DNA of 60,740 bases from a bacterium (GCA_020047915.1 JAIFND010000039.1:1-60740), one strand, 5' to 3'. Positions 7,647-17,409 are shown, counted from the stretch's first letter. Notes: generated from the sequence alone by a model not told the origin. Numbers and translations: made by a program.

Positions 7647-9152
7647 TCATGCCGTGGCCGGCTGACCCAGGACCGTAATATAGACCACAGCCTGGTCGCG
7701 CGGGATGCCGAGCAGGTCGGCGGTGTGGTCGTCGAAGAAGCCGCCGATGCCGCTCGCCCCCAGACCTTCGCCCAGCGCAGCCAGGTTCATGCGCTGGCCG
7801 ATGACGCCCGCATCCAGGTGGAGATAGCGGTAGGTGCGGTCGCCCTGGGCGCGCACGCAGGCCTGCAGGTCGGCGGTGTGGAAGATCATCGCCCCGGCGT
7901 CGCCACCGAGATCCTGACCGAGGGCGATGAAGCGCGCCGCCTCGCGCGGGTCGCCCGGCCGCACCGGCCGCAGCTCGAGCTGGTGCGGAGCAAGGTAGTA
8001 CACGCCGGGCGCGACCCCCTCGACGCTGATGATGGCGATGAAGGTCGAGAGACTGCCGCGATCGAAGGAGGGCTGTTCGCCGAGCGCGACCTGCTCGGGC
8101 AGATAGGACGCGGCGAGGATGCGCGCCAGCGCATCGCGGCTGATCGGTCCGGGGTGGAAACGGCGGCAGCTGCGCCGGCGCAGGATGGTGCCGAGCTGGT
8201 CGCCAGCCAGCGGCACGGGGCCGGCGCAACCCGCTCCGCGCAGACGGTCGCCCGAGGCCCAGCCATGCGCCAGTTCCAGGGCGTCCGAGGCGACCTCGCC
8301 CTGCGCGACCAGGCGCGGCCGCACCTCGGGCAGCCGGCTGGCGCGATGCAGCAGATCGAGCGACGGAGCGCTGGCCGCATCGCTAGCCGGGCTGGGCAGG
8401 GCGGTCCACGATGGCCGCTCGGCCGGACCGGGGAGATTCAGCGCCAGCAGGGCGAGCACGCCTTCGTGCTCGCCTTCGAGGCGCAGGGCGTCATCGGCAC
8501 GCTGGTCGCAGAACGCGGCAGTGGCATGCAGGCGCAGGCCGAGGGCATGCGCGACCAGGCCGGCGTTGCCGATGAGGTGGCCGATGTCGAGCAGGATGCG
8601 GCGGTAGGCGCGTTCCTGGTAGCGCCAGCGACTGCGCTGCCACACCCCGGTGACGGCGGCGATCACCGGCGCAGCGGCCAGGGCGGCGTTGCCATAGGCG
8701 GACGCGGTCAAGGCGGCATGCAGATCGCCACCATCGGCCAGCAGCACCAGGCGGTGCCGCCGCGGATCATAGCCGTACAGTCCGGGTTCGAGGCCGGGCC
8801 AGTCGCGTACCGCGAGATACATCTCTGCCGGGTACAATCCGCCTGCCGACGGGGCGGCACGCAGCAGCAGGTCGCGGCCCGGATTGCGCATCACGGCGGT
8901 GACGCCGTAGGTGAAGTAGATCCAACGCGACAGCGCCGCCAGGGTCCGCCCCTGCCACGCCCCGGTCGCCTGCGGCGGCTTGCCGGTGAAGGGGTTGGGG
9001 TCGAGGGGCAGGAGATGGGCGAGTTCAACCCCGCCATCGCTGTGGTATTCCTTCCACGCCAGCGGCTGGCTGTCCCAATCGAGTCCGGGATGCCCGCCGA
9101 TCGTCTCGGGGGCGTACTTGGTCGATTGGTGGTAGCGTATAGCCAGGCTCAT
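7647..9152 (-). CDS. SagB-type dehydrogenase / tandem nitroreductase-fold protein.
   Basis: N-terminus MSLAIRYHQSTKY and PSAGGLYP motifs. Two nitroreductase-like halves over 501 aa. Confidence 0.7.
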   Translation of the reverse strand: MSLAIRYHQSTKYAPETIGGHPGLDWDSQPLAWKEYHSDGGVELAHLLPLDPNPFTGKPPQATGAWQGRTLAALSRWIYFTYGVTAVMRNPGRDLLLRAAPSAGGLYPAEMYLAVRDWPGLEPGLYGYDPRRHRLVLLADGGDLHAALTASAYGNAALAAAPVIAAVTGVWQRSRWRYQERAYRRILLDIGHLIGNAGLVAHALGLRLHATAAFCDQRADDALRLEGEHEGVLALLALNLPGPAERPSWTALPSPASDAASAPSLDLLHRASRLPEVRPRLVAQGEVASDALELAHGWASGDRLRGAGCAGPVPLAGDQLGTILRRRSCRRFHPGPISRDALARILAASYLPEQVALGEQPSFDRGSLSTFIAIISVEGVAPGVYYLAPHQLELRPVRPGDPREAARFIALGQDLGGDAGAMIFHTADLQACVRAQGDRTYRYLHLDAGVIGQRMNLAALGEGLGASGIGGFFDDHTADLLGIPRDQAVVYITVLGQPATA

Positions 9153-9258
9153 CGCCGGTGATTCTCAGGGGCGACGCCATCGGCCAACGGGAAAGACCAC
9201 TGGCCTGGACAGCCAGCATCCATTGCCCCAGGCGCGCGGGCCGCGCGCGATCCCAGGT

Positions 9259-9702
9259 TCAGGCCGGCGGGGCGGCGGGTACCGCGCCGGCGGGGACGCC
9301 GGGGGGCGTCGCCGCGCCAGCCGGACGCACCGCCATCTGGGTGGGGTCGAAGGGGATCATCGGCAGGCCGGCGTGCATCAGCAGGTTGTTGAGCTGAACC
9401 ATGACCTTGCCCGCACCGACGACCAGGAGCTGGCCCATGAACGCGTGGTTCTGGTGCTCGCGCGGGTCGCACTTCACGTCGCTGGTGAAGAGGAAGCGCC
9501 AGCCGCCGCGCGCGAAAGGCTGATCGCCCTCGCCGATGAACAGGGCGAAGCTGACCACGGCGGTATGCATGGTGCCGTCAGTGCTGCTGGGCATGAAGTG
9601 CAACTGGCCGCCGGCGCGGATCTGGGCCTCCTGACCGCTCTTCACCTGGGGGTGCTGCATCACGATCCCGTCGAGGAAGTCGCGGCTGAGGTCGAACTGC
9701 AT
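9259..9702 (-). CDS. Hypothetical 147-aa protein with an Ala/Pro-rich tail, immediately upstream of the SagB-type gene.
   Basis: ATG at 9700-9702. The rest of the 403-aa track ORF is antisense to the ABC ATPase gene. A hairpin gcgcgcgg-g-ccgcgcgc at 9232-9248 follows the stop. Confidence 0.5.
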   Translation of the reverse strand: MQFDLSRDFLDGIVMQHPQVKSGQEAQIRAGGQLHFMPSSTDGTMHTAVVSFALFIGEGDQPFARGGWRFLFTSDVKCDPREHQNHAFMGQLLVVGAGKVMVQLNNLLMHAGLPMIPFDPTQMAVRPAGAATPPGVPAGAVPAAPPA

Positions 9703-9861
9703 GGTCTGGCTCCGGTCAAGCGGGGTGAAGGCCGCACCTGACGCAAGTCGCCGCCAACCGCAAGGACCAGTTGCGGCCCTGGACGACCCCCGCACCATCC
9801 GCCACCCCGCCGGTAAGGTGCGCAGCCCGTGCGCGTCTCCCGGATCCGTAACGGAGTTCCG

Positions 9862-10608
9862 ATGACCGATACCGCTCCAGCCACCGCCGCGCCGCTCATC
9901 GAAGCGGTCGGCCTGTGCAAATACTATGGCGCCTTCACCGCCGTGCAGGATGTCAGCTTCGCCGTGCCGCAGGGCTCGGTGACCGCCTTCCTCGGCCCCA
10001 ACGGCGCCGGCAAGTCCACCACCATGAAGATGCTGACCGGCTTCCTGGCGCCCAGCGCCGGAACCGCACGCATCGCCGGCATCGATGTCGATACCGACCG
10101 TATCGCGGCGGCGCGCCAGCTCGGCTACCTGCCCGAGAATGGCCCCCTCTACCCCGAGATGACCCCGGCCCAGCAGCTGGCCTACGCCGGCCGCGTGCAC
10201 GGCATCCCGGCCGCCCGCCTCAAGGACGCGCTCGACCGCGTGGCCAGCTCCTGCCGCATCGACGAGGTGTGGCACAAGCCGATCCGCAAGCTGTCGAAGG
10301 GCTTCCGCCAGCGCGTCGGCCTGGCCCAGGCCATCCTGCATGATCCCAAGGTGATCATCCTCGACGAGCCGACCGCCGGCCTCGACCCCAACCAGATCCA
10401 GCTGGTGCGCGACCTGATCCGCCAGCTCGCCAAGGACAAGACCGTGCTGCTCTCCACCCACATCCTGCAAGAGGTCGAGGCGATCGCCGATCGCGTCGTC
10501 CTGATCAGCGAAGGCCGGCTGCGCTTCTCGGGCACGCCCGCCGAGCTGGCCAACGGCGGCAGCCTCGAAGAGCGCTTCCGCGAGCTGACGAAGGGAGTCG
10601 CGGCATGA
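9862..10608 (+). CDS. ABC transporter ATP-binding protein (ABC-2 / GldA-like).
   Basis: Walker A GPNGAGKST, signature LSKGFRQR, Walker B IILDEPTAGLD. GGAG lies 6 nt before ATG 9862. Confidence 0.9.
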   Translation: MTDTAPATAAPLIEAVGLCKYYGAFTAVQDVSFAVPQGSVTAFLGPNGAGKSTTMKMLTGFLAPSAGTARIAGIDVDTDRIAAARQLGYLPENGPLYPEMTPAQQLAYAGRVHGIPAARLKDALDRVASSCRIDEVWHKPIRKLSKGFRQRVGLAQAILHDPKVIILDEPTAGLDPNQIQLVRDLIRQLAKDKTVLLSTHILQEVEAIADRVVLISEGRLRFSGTPAELANGGSLEERFRELTKGVAA

Positions 10609-13370
10609 ACACCCTCCACTGGTCCGGCATCGACGCCACCGCCCGCCGCCAGCTGTCCAGCTTCCTGGGCAACCCGCTCGGCTACGTCTTCATCCTCGCC
10701 TTCGTGCTGATCGCCGGCGCCGTCCTGTTCTGGATCGAGACCGGCAGTTCCAACTACTTCGCGCGCAACATCGCCGATCTCGGCCCGTGGCAGCGCGAGA
10801 ACGCCTTCGGCTGGCTGCTCGCCGTGCTGCTGCCCGCCCTGGGCATGGGCGCGTGGGCCGCCGAGCGCGACCACGGCACCGAGGAACACCTGCTGACCCT
10901 GCCGCTGTCGCCGCTCGATGCGCTGATCGGCAAGTGGGCCGCGGTGTCGATCTTCTTCACCATCGCCCTGCTGTGCACCCTGGCGCACGTCTTCGTGGTC
11001 GCCTGGCTGGGCACCCCGGACTGGGGCATGGTCTTCGCCAACTACCTCGGCTGGTGGCTGGCCGGCCTCGCCTTCGCCGGCATCGCCGTTCTCGCCTCGA
11101 CCCTGGTCAGCATGCCCGCCGTCGCCTTCGTGCTCGGCGTCATCGGCTGCGCCGCGGCGCAGTGGTCGTTCAACTTCTGGGAGTTCTACGACGGCTTCGG
11201 CCGCGGTGTGATCTCCTTCGGCGCCGTCGCCGTGGCCCTGGCGGTGGCCGCCGCCGCGCTCGGCGCCGCCACCTTCGTGCTGTCCAGCCGGCGCTGGCGC
11301 CCGGGCAGCCAGGCGATGGTCGCGGTGCAGGTGATGAGCCTGATCTTCGCCGTCGTCCTGGTCGCCAACCTCAGCCGTCTTGCGGCGCGCGGCGGCGTCG
11401 ATGCCGACACCACCGCCGAGGGCCTGTCCTCGGTCTCGCCGGCCTCGATCGCCGCGCTCAAGGAACTGAAGGAGCCGGTCACCGTCACCGCCTTCATCTC
11501 CAAGGACCTGCCGCCCGAACTGGCGCTGAAGGGCAAGGAGGTGGTGGATAAGCTGAAGGCCGTCCAGCGCGCCTCGCCGTCCACCGTCAAGCTCGACATC
11601 CGCTACCCCGCCGACGCCCTCGACGAGGCCGGCGCCCTGGCGCAGACCGAGTTCAACCTCCGGCCGCGCAAGCAGGTCGTCGATTCGGCCAGCGGTCGCC
11701 GCATGGCCGACGTCTTCCTCGGCGCCGCCATCGCCAGCGCCGGACGCAGCCAGGTGATCGAGCACTTCGATCCCGGCTTGTCGGTCGAATACGAACTGGT
11801 GCGCGCCATCCGCGGCGTCGCCGACGTGAAGAAGCGCGTCCTCGGCATCGCCACCACCGATCTCGAGGTGATGGGCGGCTTCGACTACAAGACCATGGGC
11901 ATGACCCAGGGCTGGGAGATCGTCGAGGAGTGGAAGCGCCAGTACGAGGTGCGCAGCGTGTCGCTCGACAGCGATGTCGCGGCGGACATCGAGGTGCTGG
12001 TCGTGCCGCAGCCGAGCACCCTGACGCAGCCGCAGATGGAGAAGCTGCACGACTACATCTGGAACGGCCGGCCCGCCCTGATGCTGGAAGACCCGATGCC
12101 CTTCTTCCAGGTGGTCCAGGGGCGCGGCGATCTGATCCCCAGCCAGCCGAAGAAGAACCCGCAGCAGAACCCGATGATGGGCATGCAGCAGCCGGACAGC
12201 GGCCCGCCCAAGGGCGACCTGCGCCCGCTGATGAAGGGTCTGGGCCTCGACTGGCGCCCGGATGAGGTCACCTGGAGCGACTACAACCCCAGCCACTACT
12301 TCCGCGAGCTGATCCCGGCCAACTTCGTCTGGCTGGTCAAGGACCGCAGCTCGATCGAAAGCGAGGAGCGCTCGGCCGTGACCACCGGCGTCAACGCCCT
12401 GCTGCTGCCCTATCCCGGCAACGTGCAGGCCGCCGCCGACAAGCCCGCCTCGCTCACCGTCACCCCCCTGCTGCTGCCCGGCACCGGCAGCCCGTGGGGC
12501 GTCAACCTGATCATGGACCTGACCCAGCCGAGCTGGCAGGGCCAGGTGCAACTCAAGCGCCCCGACGAGGTGAAGCGCCGGCCCTACCCCGACCAGGGCA
12601 AGCGCCCGGCGCTGGCGGTCGAGATCACCGGCGCGATGCCCAGCGCCTACCCGCGCCTGGTGCCCGGCGCCAAGGCCGAGGAAGGCAAGGAGGCGCCCAA
12701 GCCGCAGACCGGCGCGCTGTCCGGCAAGCCGGTCAAGGTCGTGGTCGTCGCCGACCTCGACCTGGTGGACAACGAGTTCTTCCGCTTCTACCGCGACCAG
12801 GGCAACCAGATGGGCAAGCAGGATGAACTGCGCGTCCTGATGAACCTCAAGAACGTGCAGTTCGTCGCCAACGCGGTGGACGCCCTGTTCGATGACAAGA
12901 GCTACCTCGCGCTGCGCACCCGCCGTCCGCTGCCGCGTCCGCTGCTCAAGCTCGAAGCGGTCGCCACCGAGGCCCAGGAACGCCGCCGCGCCCAGATGGA
13001 GTCGGTCAACACCGACCTGCAGGCCAAGATCGAGACCATCCAGTCCGACTTCCAGGCAAGCCTCACCAAGATCGACGCCCGCGAGGACATCGACGAGGAG
13101 AGCAAGGCGCACGAGAAGAGCCGCGCCCAGATCGTCGGCCAGCGCCGCATCGAGCGTGAGATCAACGACATCAAGCTGAAGATCGAACAGGAGGAGCGGA
13201 AGCTGGAGATCCAGCAGAGCCGCACCGTCGAGGCCTACCAGTGGTGGGTGAAGTTCCTCGCCGTCGCCATCCCCTCGGCCGTGCTCGCGGTCATCGCCCT
13301 GGCGGTCTTCGCCAACCGGGTGGTGCGTGAGAAGAGCCACATCCCGGCCGCCCGCCGTCGTCAGGGCTGA
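10605..13370 (+). CDS. Fusion of an ABC-2 permease (GldF-like, about the first 240 aa) with a GldG-like auxiliary domain, a C-terminal coiled coil and a TM anchor.
   Basis: Six N-terminal hydrophobic helices, then the pattern PVTVTAFISKDLPPEL...VLVVPQPS...KVVVVADLDLVDNEF typical of ABC_transp_aux. ATGA overlap with the ATPase gene. Confidence 0.75.
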   Translation: MNTLHWSGIDATARRQLSSFLGNPLGYVFILAFVLIAGAVLFWIETGSSNYFARNIADLGPWQRENAFGWLLAVLLPALGMGAWAAERDHGTEEHLLTLPLSPLDALIGKWAAVSIFFTIALLCTLAHVFVVAWLGTPDWGMVFANYLGWWLAGLAFAGIAVLASTLVSMPAVAFVLGVIGCAAAQWSFNFWEFYDGFGRGVISFGAVAVALAVAAAALGAATFVLSSRRWRPGSQAMVAVQVMSLIFAVVLVANLSRLAARGGVDADTTAEGLSSVSPASIAALKELKEPVTVTAFISKDLPPELALKGKEVVDKLKAVQRASPSTVKLDIRYPADALDEAGALAQTEFNLRPRKQVVDSASGRRMADVFLGAAIASAGRSQVIEHFDPGLSVEYELVRAIRGVADVKKRVLGIATTDLEVMGGFDYKTMGMTQGWEIVEEWKRQYEVRSVSLDSDVAADIEVLVVPQPSTLTQPQMEKLHDYIWNGRPALMLEDPMPFFQVVQGRGDLIPSQPKKNPQQNPMMGMQQPDSGPPKGDLRPLMKGLGLDWRPDEVTWSDYNPSHYFRELIPANFVWLVKDRSSIESEERSAVTTGVNALLLPYPGNVQAAADKPASLTVTPLLLPGTGSPWGVNLIMDLTQPSWQGQVQLKRPDEVKRRPYPDQGKRPALAVEITGAMPSAYPRLVPGAKAEEGKEAPKPQTGALSGKPVKVVVVADLDLVDNEFFRFYRDQGNQMGKQDELRVLMNLKNVQFVANAVDALFDDKSYLALRTRRPLPRPLLKLEAVATEAQERRRAQMESVNTDLQAKIETIQSDFQASLTKIDAREDIDEESKAHEKSRAQIVGQRRIEREINDIKLKIEQEERKLEIQQSRTVEAYQWWVKFLAVAIPSAVLAVIALAVFANRVVREKSHIPAARRRQG

Positions 13371-13380
13371 GGAGCATATC

Positions 13381-15135
13381 ATGGAACAGAACACTTCCTG
13401 CGCGACCACCTCCTGCTGCGGCGGCTCGAAGGCCACCATGCCGGTGGTCCTCGGCCTGCTCGCCATCGCCACCGCCATCCCGGCCTGGATCCTGCCCGCC
13501 ATGTCGGGTGGCCCCACCGCGGCGGTGGCCAGCACCGGCGGCACCCTCGGCCGGGCCGGGGTCGCCCCCGAGACAATCACCGGTCTGCGCGTCGTCAGCT
13601 GGGACGAGGCGCTGTCCGGAGCGACCATCTTCGAGGTCAAGCGCGACGGCGACCGCTGGATCATCCCCAGCAACCACGCCTATCCTGCCGACGGCAACAC
13701 CCGCGTGACGCGCACGGCCGCAGGTGTGCTCGGCGTGGCCAAGGGCCGCGTCGTCACCGACAAGCCGGCCGAGCACGAGGCGCTTGGCGTGGTCGATCCC
13801 CTGGAACACGGCGCCGACGCCAAGAAGGGCTTCGGCAAGCGCATCACCCTGACCGATGCGACCGGCGCCACCGCCGTGGACATCGTGGTCGGCAACCGCG
13901 TCGAAGGAGCCGATGGCCTCTACTACGTGCGCGAGGTCGGCAAGAACGACGTGGTGACCGCCAAGGTCGAGAGCGACATCTCGACCAAGTTCGTGGATTA
14001 CGTCGAAGTCGATCCCTTCAAGATCGAGCGCGACGGCGTGCGCGGCGTGGCGGTGGTGGACTACCAGCTCGATCCGGACAAGGGGCAGATCACCCCCGGA
14101 CCGGTGACCAAGGCCGCGCGCCCAGCCGCCGACAAGGATTGGGAGAGCACCAACGCCCCAGCCGACAAGCGCCTGGCCAAGGCCAAGGTGGATGAGGTGC
14201 TGTCCGAGCTGGCCGCCCTGCGCCTGCAGGGCGTACGCCCCTTCGACCTGCGCTGGCTGCAGACGCGCGGCTTCTACCTCGCCGACCAGCCGCAGGCCTT
14301 CCAGCTGCCCAACGCCCTCACCGTGCAGCTGGGCGGCAAGCCCTACGCCCTGTTCGGCACCGAAGGCCGCACCGACATCACCACCAAGGACGGCCTGCGC
14401 TACTCGCTGATGTTCGGCAAGGTCGCCCTGGGCGACGACCAGGACAAGGACGCCGAGCAGAAGGCCGAGGAGAAGAAGGACGACAAGCCGGCCGAGGGTG
14501 CGAACCGCTACGTCGCCGTCTTCGTGACCTACGACGCCGCGCTCGACGAGGAGTCCAAGGCCGAGGCGGACAAGAAGCCGGACGAAGCCAAGCCAGCCAA
14601 AAAGAAGCTGACCGGCAAGGAACGCGCCGCCAAGGCGCAGGAGCGCTTCCAGCGCTTCTTCTACGTGGTCAGCGACAGCACCTTCAAGAAGCTGCGCCCC
14701 GATCTTTCCACCTGGTGGGAAGACAAGCCGAAGGAACCGATGGCCGGCGCCAGCGGCAAGACGGTGAAGCAGTGGCTGGCCGACAACGCCGCCCTGCCCG
14801 GCATCACCACCACCCCCAGCGGCCTGCAGTACCAGACCCTGGCGAGCGGCGCCGAGGGCGGCGTCAAACCGACCAGCAGCGACAGCGTCACCGTGGCCTA
14901 CAAGGGCACGTTGATCGACGGCGAGCAGTTCGACGCCAACGACACCGCCAGCTTCGCCGTCACCGGCGTGATCAAGGGCTGGACCGAGGCGCTGCAGCTG
15001 ATGAAGCCGGGGGACAAGCTGAAGCTGTTCATCCCGCCCGAGCTCGGCTACGGCGAAGCCGGCAGCCCGCCCAAGATCGGCGCCAACCAGATCCTCGTCT
15101 TCGAGGTCGAGCTGAAGTCGATCGCCGGGAAGTAA
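13381..15135 (+). CDS. DUF4340-like membrane-anchored protein fused to a C-terminal FKBP-type peptidyl-prolyl isomerase.
   Basis: GAGGAG RBS 7 nt before ATG 13381 and an N-terminal TM. C-terminus GLQYQTL...VTVAYKGTLIDGEQFD...VIKGWTEALQLMKPGDKLKLFIPPELGYG is an FKBP_C domain. Confidence 0.8.
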   Translation: MEQNTSCATTSCCGGSKATMPVVLGLLAIATAIPAWILPAMSGGPTAAVASTGGTLGRAGVAPETITGLRVVSWDEALSGATIFEVKRDGDRWIIPSNHAYPADGNTRVTRTAAGVLGVAKGRVVTDKPAEHEALGVVDPLEHGADAKKGFGKRITLTDATGATAVDIVVGNRVEGADGLYYVREVGKNDVVTAKVESDISTKFVDYVEVDPFKIERDGVRGVAVVDYQLDPDKGQITPGPVTKAARPAADKDWESTNAPADKRLAKAKVDEVLSELAALRLQGVRPFDLRWLQTRGFYLADQPQAFQLPNALTVQLGGKPYALFGTEGRTDITTKDGLRYSLMFGKVALGDDQDKDAEQKAEEKKDDKPAEGANRYVAVFVTYDAALDEESKAEADKKPDEAKPAKKKLTGKERAAKAQERFQRFFYVVSDSTFKKLRPDLSTWWEDKPKEPMAGASGKTVKQWLADNAALPGITTTPSGLQYQTLASGAEGGVKPTSSDSVTVAYKGTLIDGEQFDANDTASFAVTGVIKGWTEALQLMKPGDKLKLFIPPELGYGEAGSPPKIGANQILVFEVELKSIAGK

Positions 15136-15138
15136 GCA

Positions 15139-15259
15139 GGAGCGCGGGCGCCCCCGCCCGACCGGACCGCGGGCGCCCTCGCCCGCGGCGCATGAGGCAG
15201 GGTCAACTGCTGCGGGCGGGGGCGCCCGCAGGCCGGTCGGGCGGGGGCGCCCGCGCTCC
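15139..15259. repeat. GC-rich nested inverted repeat. A perfect 27-bp outer arm pair (15139-15165 / 15233-15259) encloses a second imperfect copy of the same unit (15168-15187 / 15211-15230), with a 22-nt loop.
   Basis: ggagcgcgggcgcccccgcccgaccgg ... ccggtcgggcgggggcgcccgcgctcc. The unit GCGGGCGCCCCCGCCCG is repeated twice per arm. Confidence 0.85.
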
Positions 15260-15313
15260 GTCCGCAGCATGACGGTTGCCGTTTGGCATCCACACCCGCC
15301 CCCTCACGATCAC

Positions 15314-16618
15314 GCCATGACCCCCGCCGATCTCGCCGTCAAGCAGGTGCGCCGCTGCACCATGCCCACCACCCATCGCTTCGCCGGCCGTGGCCAGGGG
15401 CCGGCGATGACCTATGTGCCCGACGATGCTCGGGTGCTGGTCGATGCGATGCAGGGTGGCGACCCGAATCTCGCTTTCGAGAAGGCCGGTCCACGCGAGT
15501 CCATCGCCTTCGATCCCGCCACCACCACCGCAGCCATCCTCACCTCGGGCGGCCTGTGCCCGGGTCTCAACGCGGTGATCTCGTCGGTGTTCATGTCGCT
15601 GCACCACCATTACGGGGTGCGTCGGATACTCGGCGTACCCAACGGCTACGCCGGCCTGATGCCCGGGCGCAGCGCCGGGATCAAGCCGCTCGACCGCGAT
15701 GTGATGAAGTCGATCGCACGCACCGGCGGCTCGTTCCTGGGCAGCGCGCGCATCAAGCCCGATGTGCCGGCGATCGTCGATACCCTGCAGGCCTATGGCA
15801 TCAACCTGCTGTTCTCGATCGGCGGCGACGGCACCCAGCGCGGCACGCATGCGATCCACCAGGAGATCGCCAAGCGCGGCCTGGAGATCGGCGTGGTCGG
15901 CATCCCCAAGACGATCGACAACGATATCTCGTGGGTGCAGAAGACCTTCGGCTTCGAGACCGCCTCGGAGATCGCCCGCCAGGCCATCGCCGCCGCCAAC
16001 ACCGAGGCCGAAAGCGCTATCAACGGCATCGGCCTGGTCCGCCTGATGGGCCGCGATTCCGGCTTCATCGCCGCCGCAGCTTCGATCGCCGCCGCCGACG
16101 CCAACTATTGCCTGGTGCCCGAGGTTCCCTTCGACCTGGAGGGCGAGCACGGCCTGCTTACTGAACTGGAACGCCGCCTGGCCCGGCGCGGCCACGCTGT
16201 GATCGTGGTCGCCGAAGGCGCCGGCCAGGAGCACATGCCCAAGGCTGAGGAGCAGCGCGACGCTTCAGGCAACAAGCTGCACCAGGACATCGGTACCTTC
16301 CTGCGCGACCGCATCGCGGCCCATCTGCGTTCGCGCCAGATCGACTTCGCCCTGAAATACATCGATCCCAGCTACATCATCCGCGCCGCCCCCGCCAACG
16401 CCGCCGACCAGGTGCTCTGCACCATCCTCGGACACGGCGCGGTGCACGCCGCGATGGCCGGACGCACCGACATGATCGTCGGCAGCTGGAACGGCATGTT
16501 CACGCACGTGCCGATCCCGCTCGCGGTCGAGGGTCGCAAGCAGGTGGTGCCGCAAGGCGAGTTGTGGCGGACGGTGCTGGAGACGACGGGGCAGGGGCCC
16601 CTGGTGGCGCCGAGGTAG
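15314..16618 (+). CDS. pfkA: 6-phosphofructokinase; ATP versus PPi specificity not resolvable by eye. Start uncertain (15269, 15314, 15362 or 15407).
   Basis: TSGGLCPGLNAVI, FSIGGDGTQRG, PKTIDNDI, MGRDSGFIA. Confidence 0.88.
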   Translation, partial: AMTPADLAVKQVRRCTMPTTHRFAGRGQGPAMTYVPDDARVLVDAMQGGDPNLAFEKAGPRESIAFDPATTTAAILTSGGLCPGLNAVISSVFMSLHHHYGVRRILGVPNGYAGLMPGRSAGIKPLDRDVMKSIARTGGSFLGSARIKPDVPAIVDTLQAYGINLLFSIGGDGTQRGTHAIHQEIAKRGLEIGVVGIPKTIDNDISWVQKTFGFETASEIARQAIAAANTEAESAINGIGLVRLMGRDSGFIAAAASIAAADANYCLVPEVPFDLEGEHGLLTELERRLARRGHAVIVVAEGAGQEHMPKAEEQRDASGNKLHQDIGTFLRDRIAAHLRSRQIDFALKYIDPSYIIRAAPANAADQVLCTILGHGAVHAAMAGRTDMIVGSWNGMFTHVPIPLAVEGRKQVVPQGELWRTVLETTGQGPLVAPR

Positions 16619-16624
16619 TTGGGG

Positions 16625-16754
16625 TCACACAGAGCCCCAGAGTGACCAGAGGGGAAAGTCTTTGCATGGTACATCGACATGCACCGCCCGGGTGAACCCG
16701 AGAAATCGAGCAAATCCTTGTCTTGACCTCTGGTGGCTCTGGTTCTCTGTGTGA
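16625..16754. repeat. Inverted tandem-octamer element H2. Arms at 16625-16652 and 16727-16754 match at 24 of 28 positions, with a 74-nt spacer. Lies between convergent pfk and the rhodanese gene.
   Basis: tcacacagagccccagagtgaccagagg ... cctctggtggctctggttctctgtgtga. Shares the TCACACAGAG...CCAGAGG arm design with H1. Confidence 0.85.
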
Positions 16755-16775
16755 AATGCTGGGTTTAGGTTCACC

Positions 16776-17327
16776 TCATGCCTTCGCCGTCAGCACGCAG
16801 CATGAACCGCCACTCTTGGCCGAGCGGTTCCACGGCAGGCGGGCGACCAGCAGGGCGAGCGGGCACAGGTCGGTGATGCCGGCCATCAGCAGACCGCCAC
16901 CGAAGAACGCGCTGATCACGGCGAACCAGGGATCGACGGTCAGGGCGAGGATCGCGCCGGTCAGCACCCCGGCTCCGATGATGCTGCGCACCTGGCGCTC
17001 GACGCCGAAGACCGCGCCGCCCGAGCCGTCGATCGGCAGTCCGGCCGCCTTCCAGGCATTGGTCCCGCCACTGATGTCGATCAGTTCGCCGAGGCCGGCG
17101 GTAGCCAGCTTCTCGCACGCTTGACGGCTGCGCACCCCGCTTTGGCAGATCACATGCACCGGGCCGCTGCCGAGACTGGCAGCGTCCAACGCATCAAGGG
17201 GCATGCTGCGGGCGCCAGGAACATGGCCGGCCGCGTATTCAGCCGGGGTGCGGACATCGATGAGGTTCAGCGGACCGGCCTTGAGGCGGTCGCTCAGGGC
17301 GCGCGGGTCAAGTGTGGTGATGGGCAT
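16776..17327 (-). CDS. Rhodanese-domain inner-membrane protein (YgaP-like: rhodanese plus DUF2892).
   Basis: LIDVRTPAEYAAGHVPGA, active-site loop VICQSGVRS, and a C-terminal two-helix membrane domain. Confidence 0.8.
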   Translation of the reverse strand: MPITTLDPRALSDRLKAGPLNLIDVRTPAEYAAGHVPGARSMPLDALDAASLGSGPVHVICQSGVRSRQACEKLATAGLGELIDISGGTNAWKAAGLPIDGSGGAVFGVERQVRSIIGAGVLTGAILALTVDPWFAVISAFFGGGLLMAGITDLCPLALLVARLPWNRSAKSGGSCCVLTAKA

Positions 17328-17409
17328 GGCCGCGAGGGATAGCACGCGGATGTGTCAGGTATACCCGCACCAGCCATTCCTTCGGCACGCCCTGCCGCAT
17401 CATGCCGCC

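Noticed and set aside
10182-13673. A 1163-aa minus-strand ORF and similar giant ORFs (13291..15270 -, 7569..9161 +, 17308..19185 -, 51865..54231 -, 54270..56033 -, 56579..58207 -, 37328..39277 +, 40675..42525 +).
   Set aside because: They lie antisense or out of frame to genes with clear family motifs and have Arg/Gly/Ala/Asp-rich low-complexity composition. This is the expected stop-codon-poor shadow of high-GC coding DNA.
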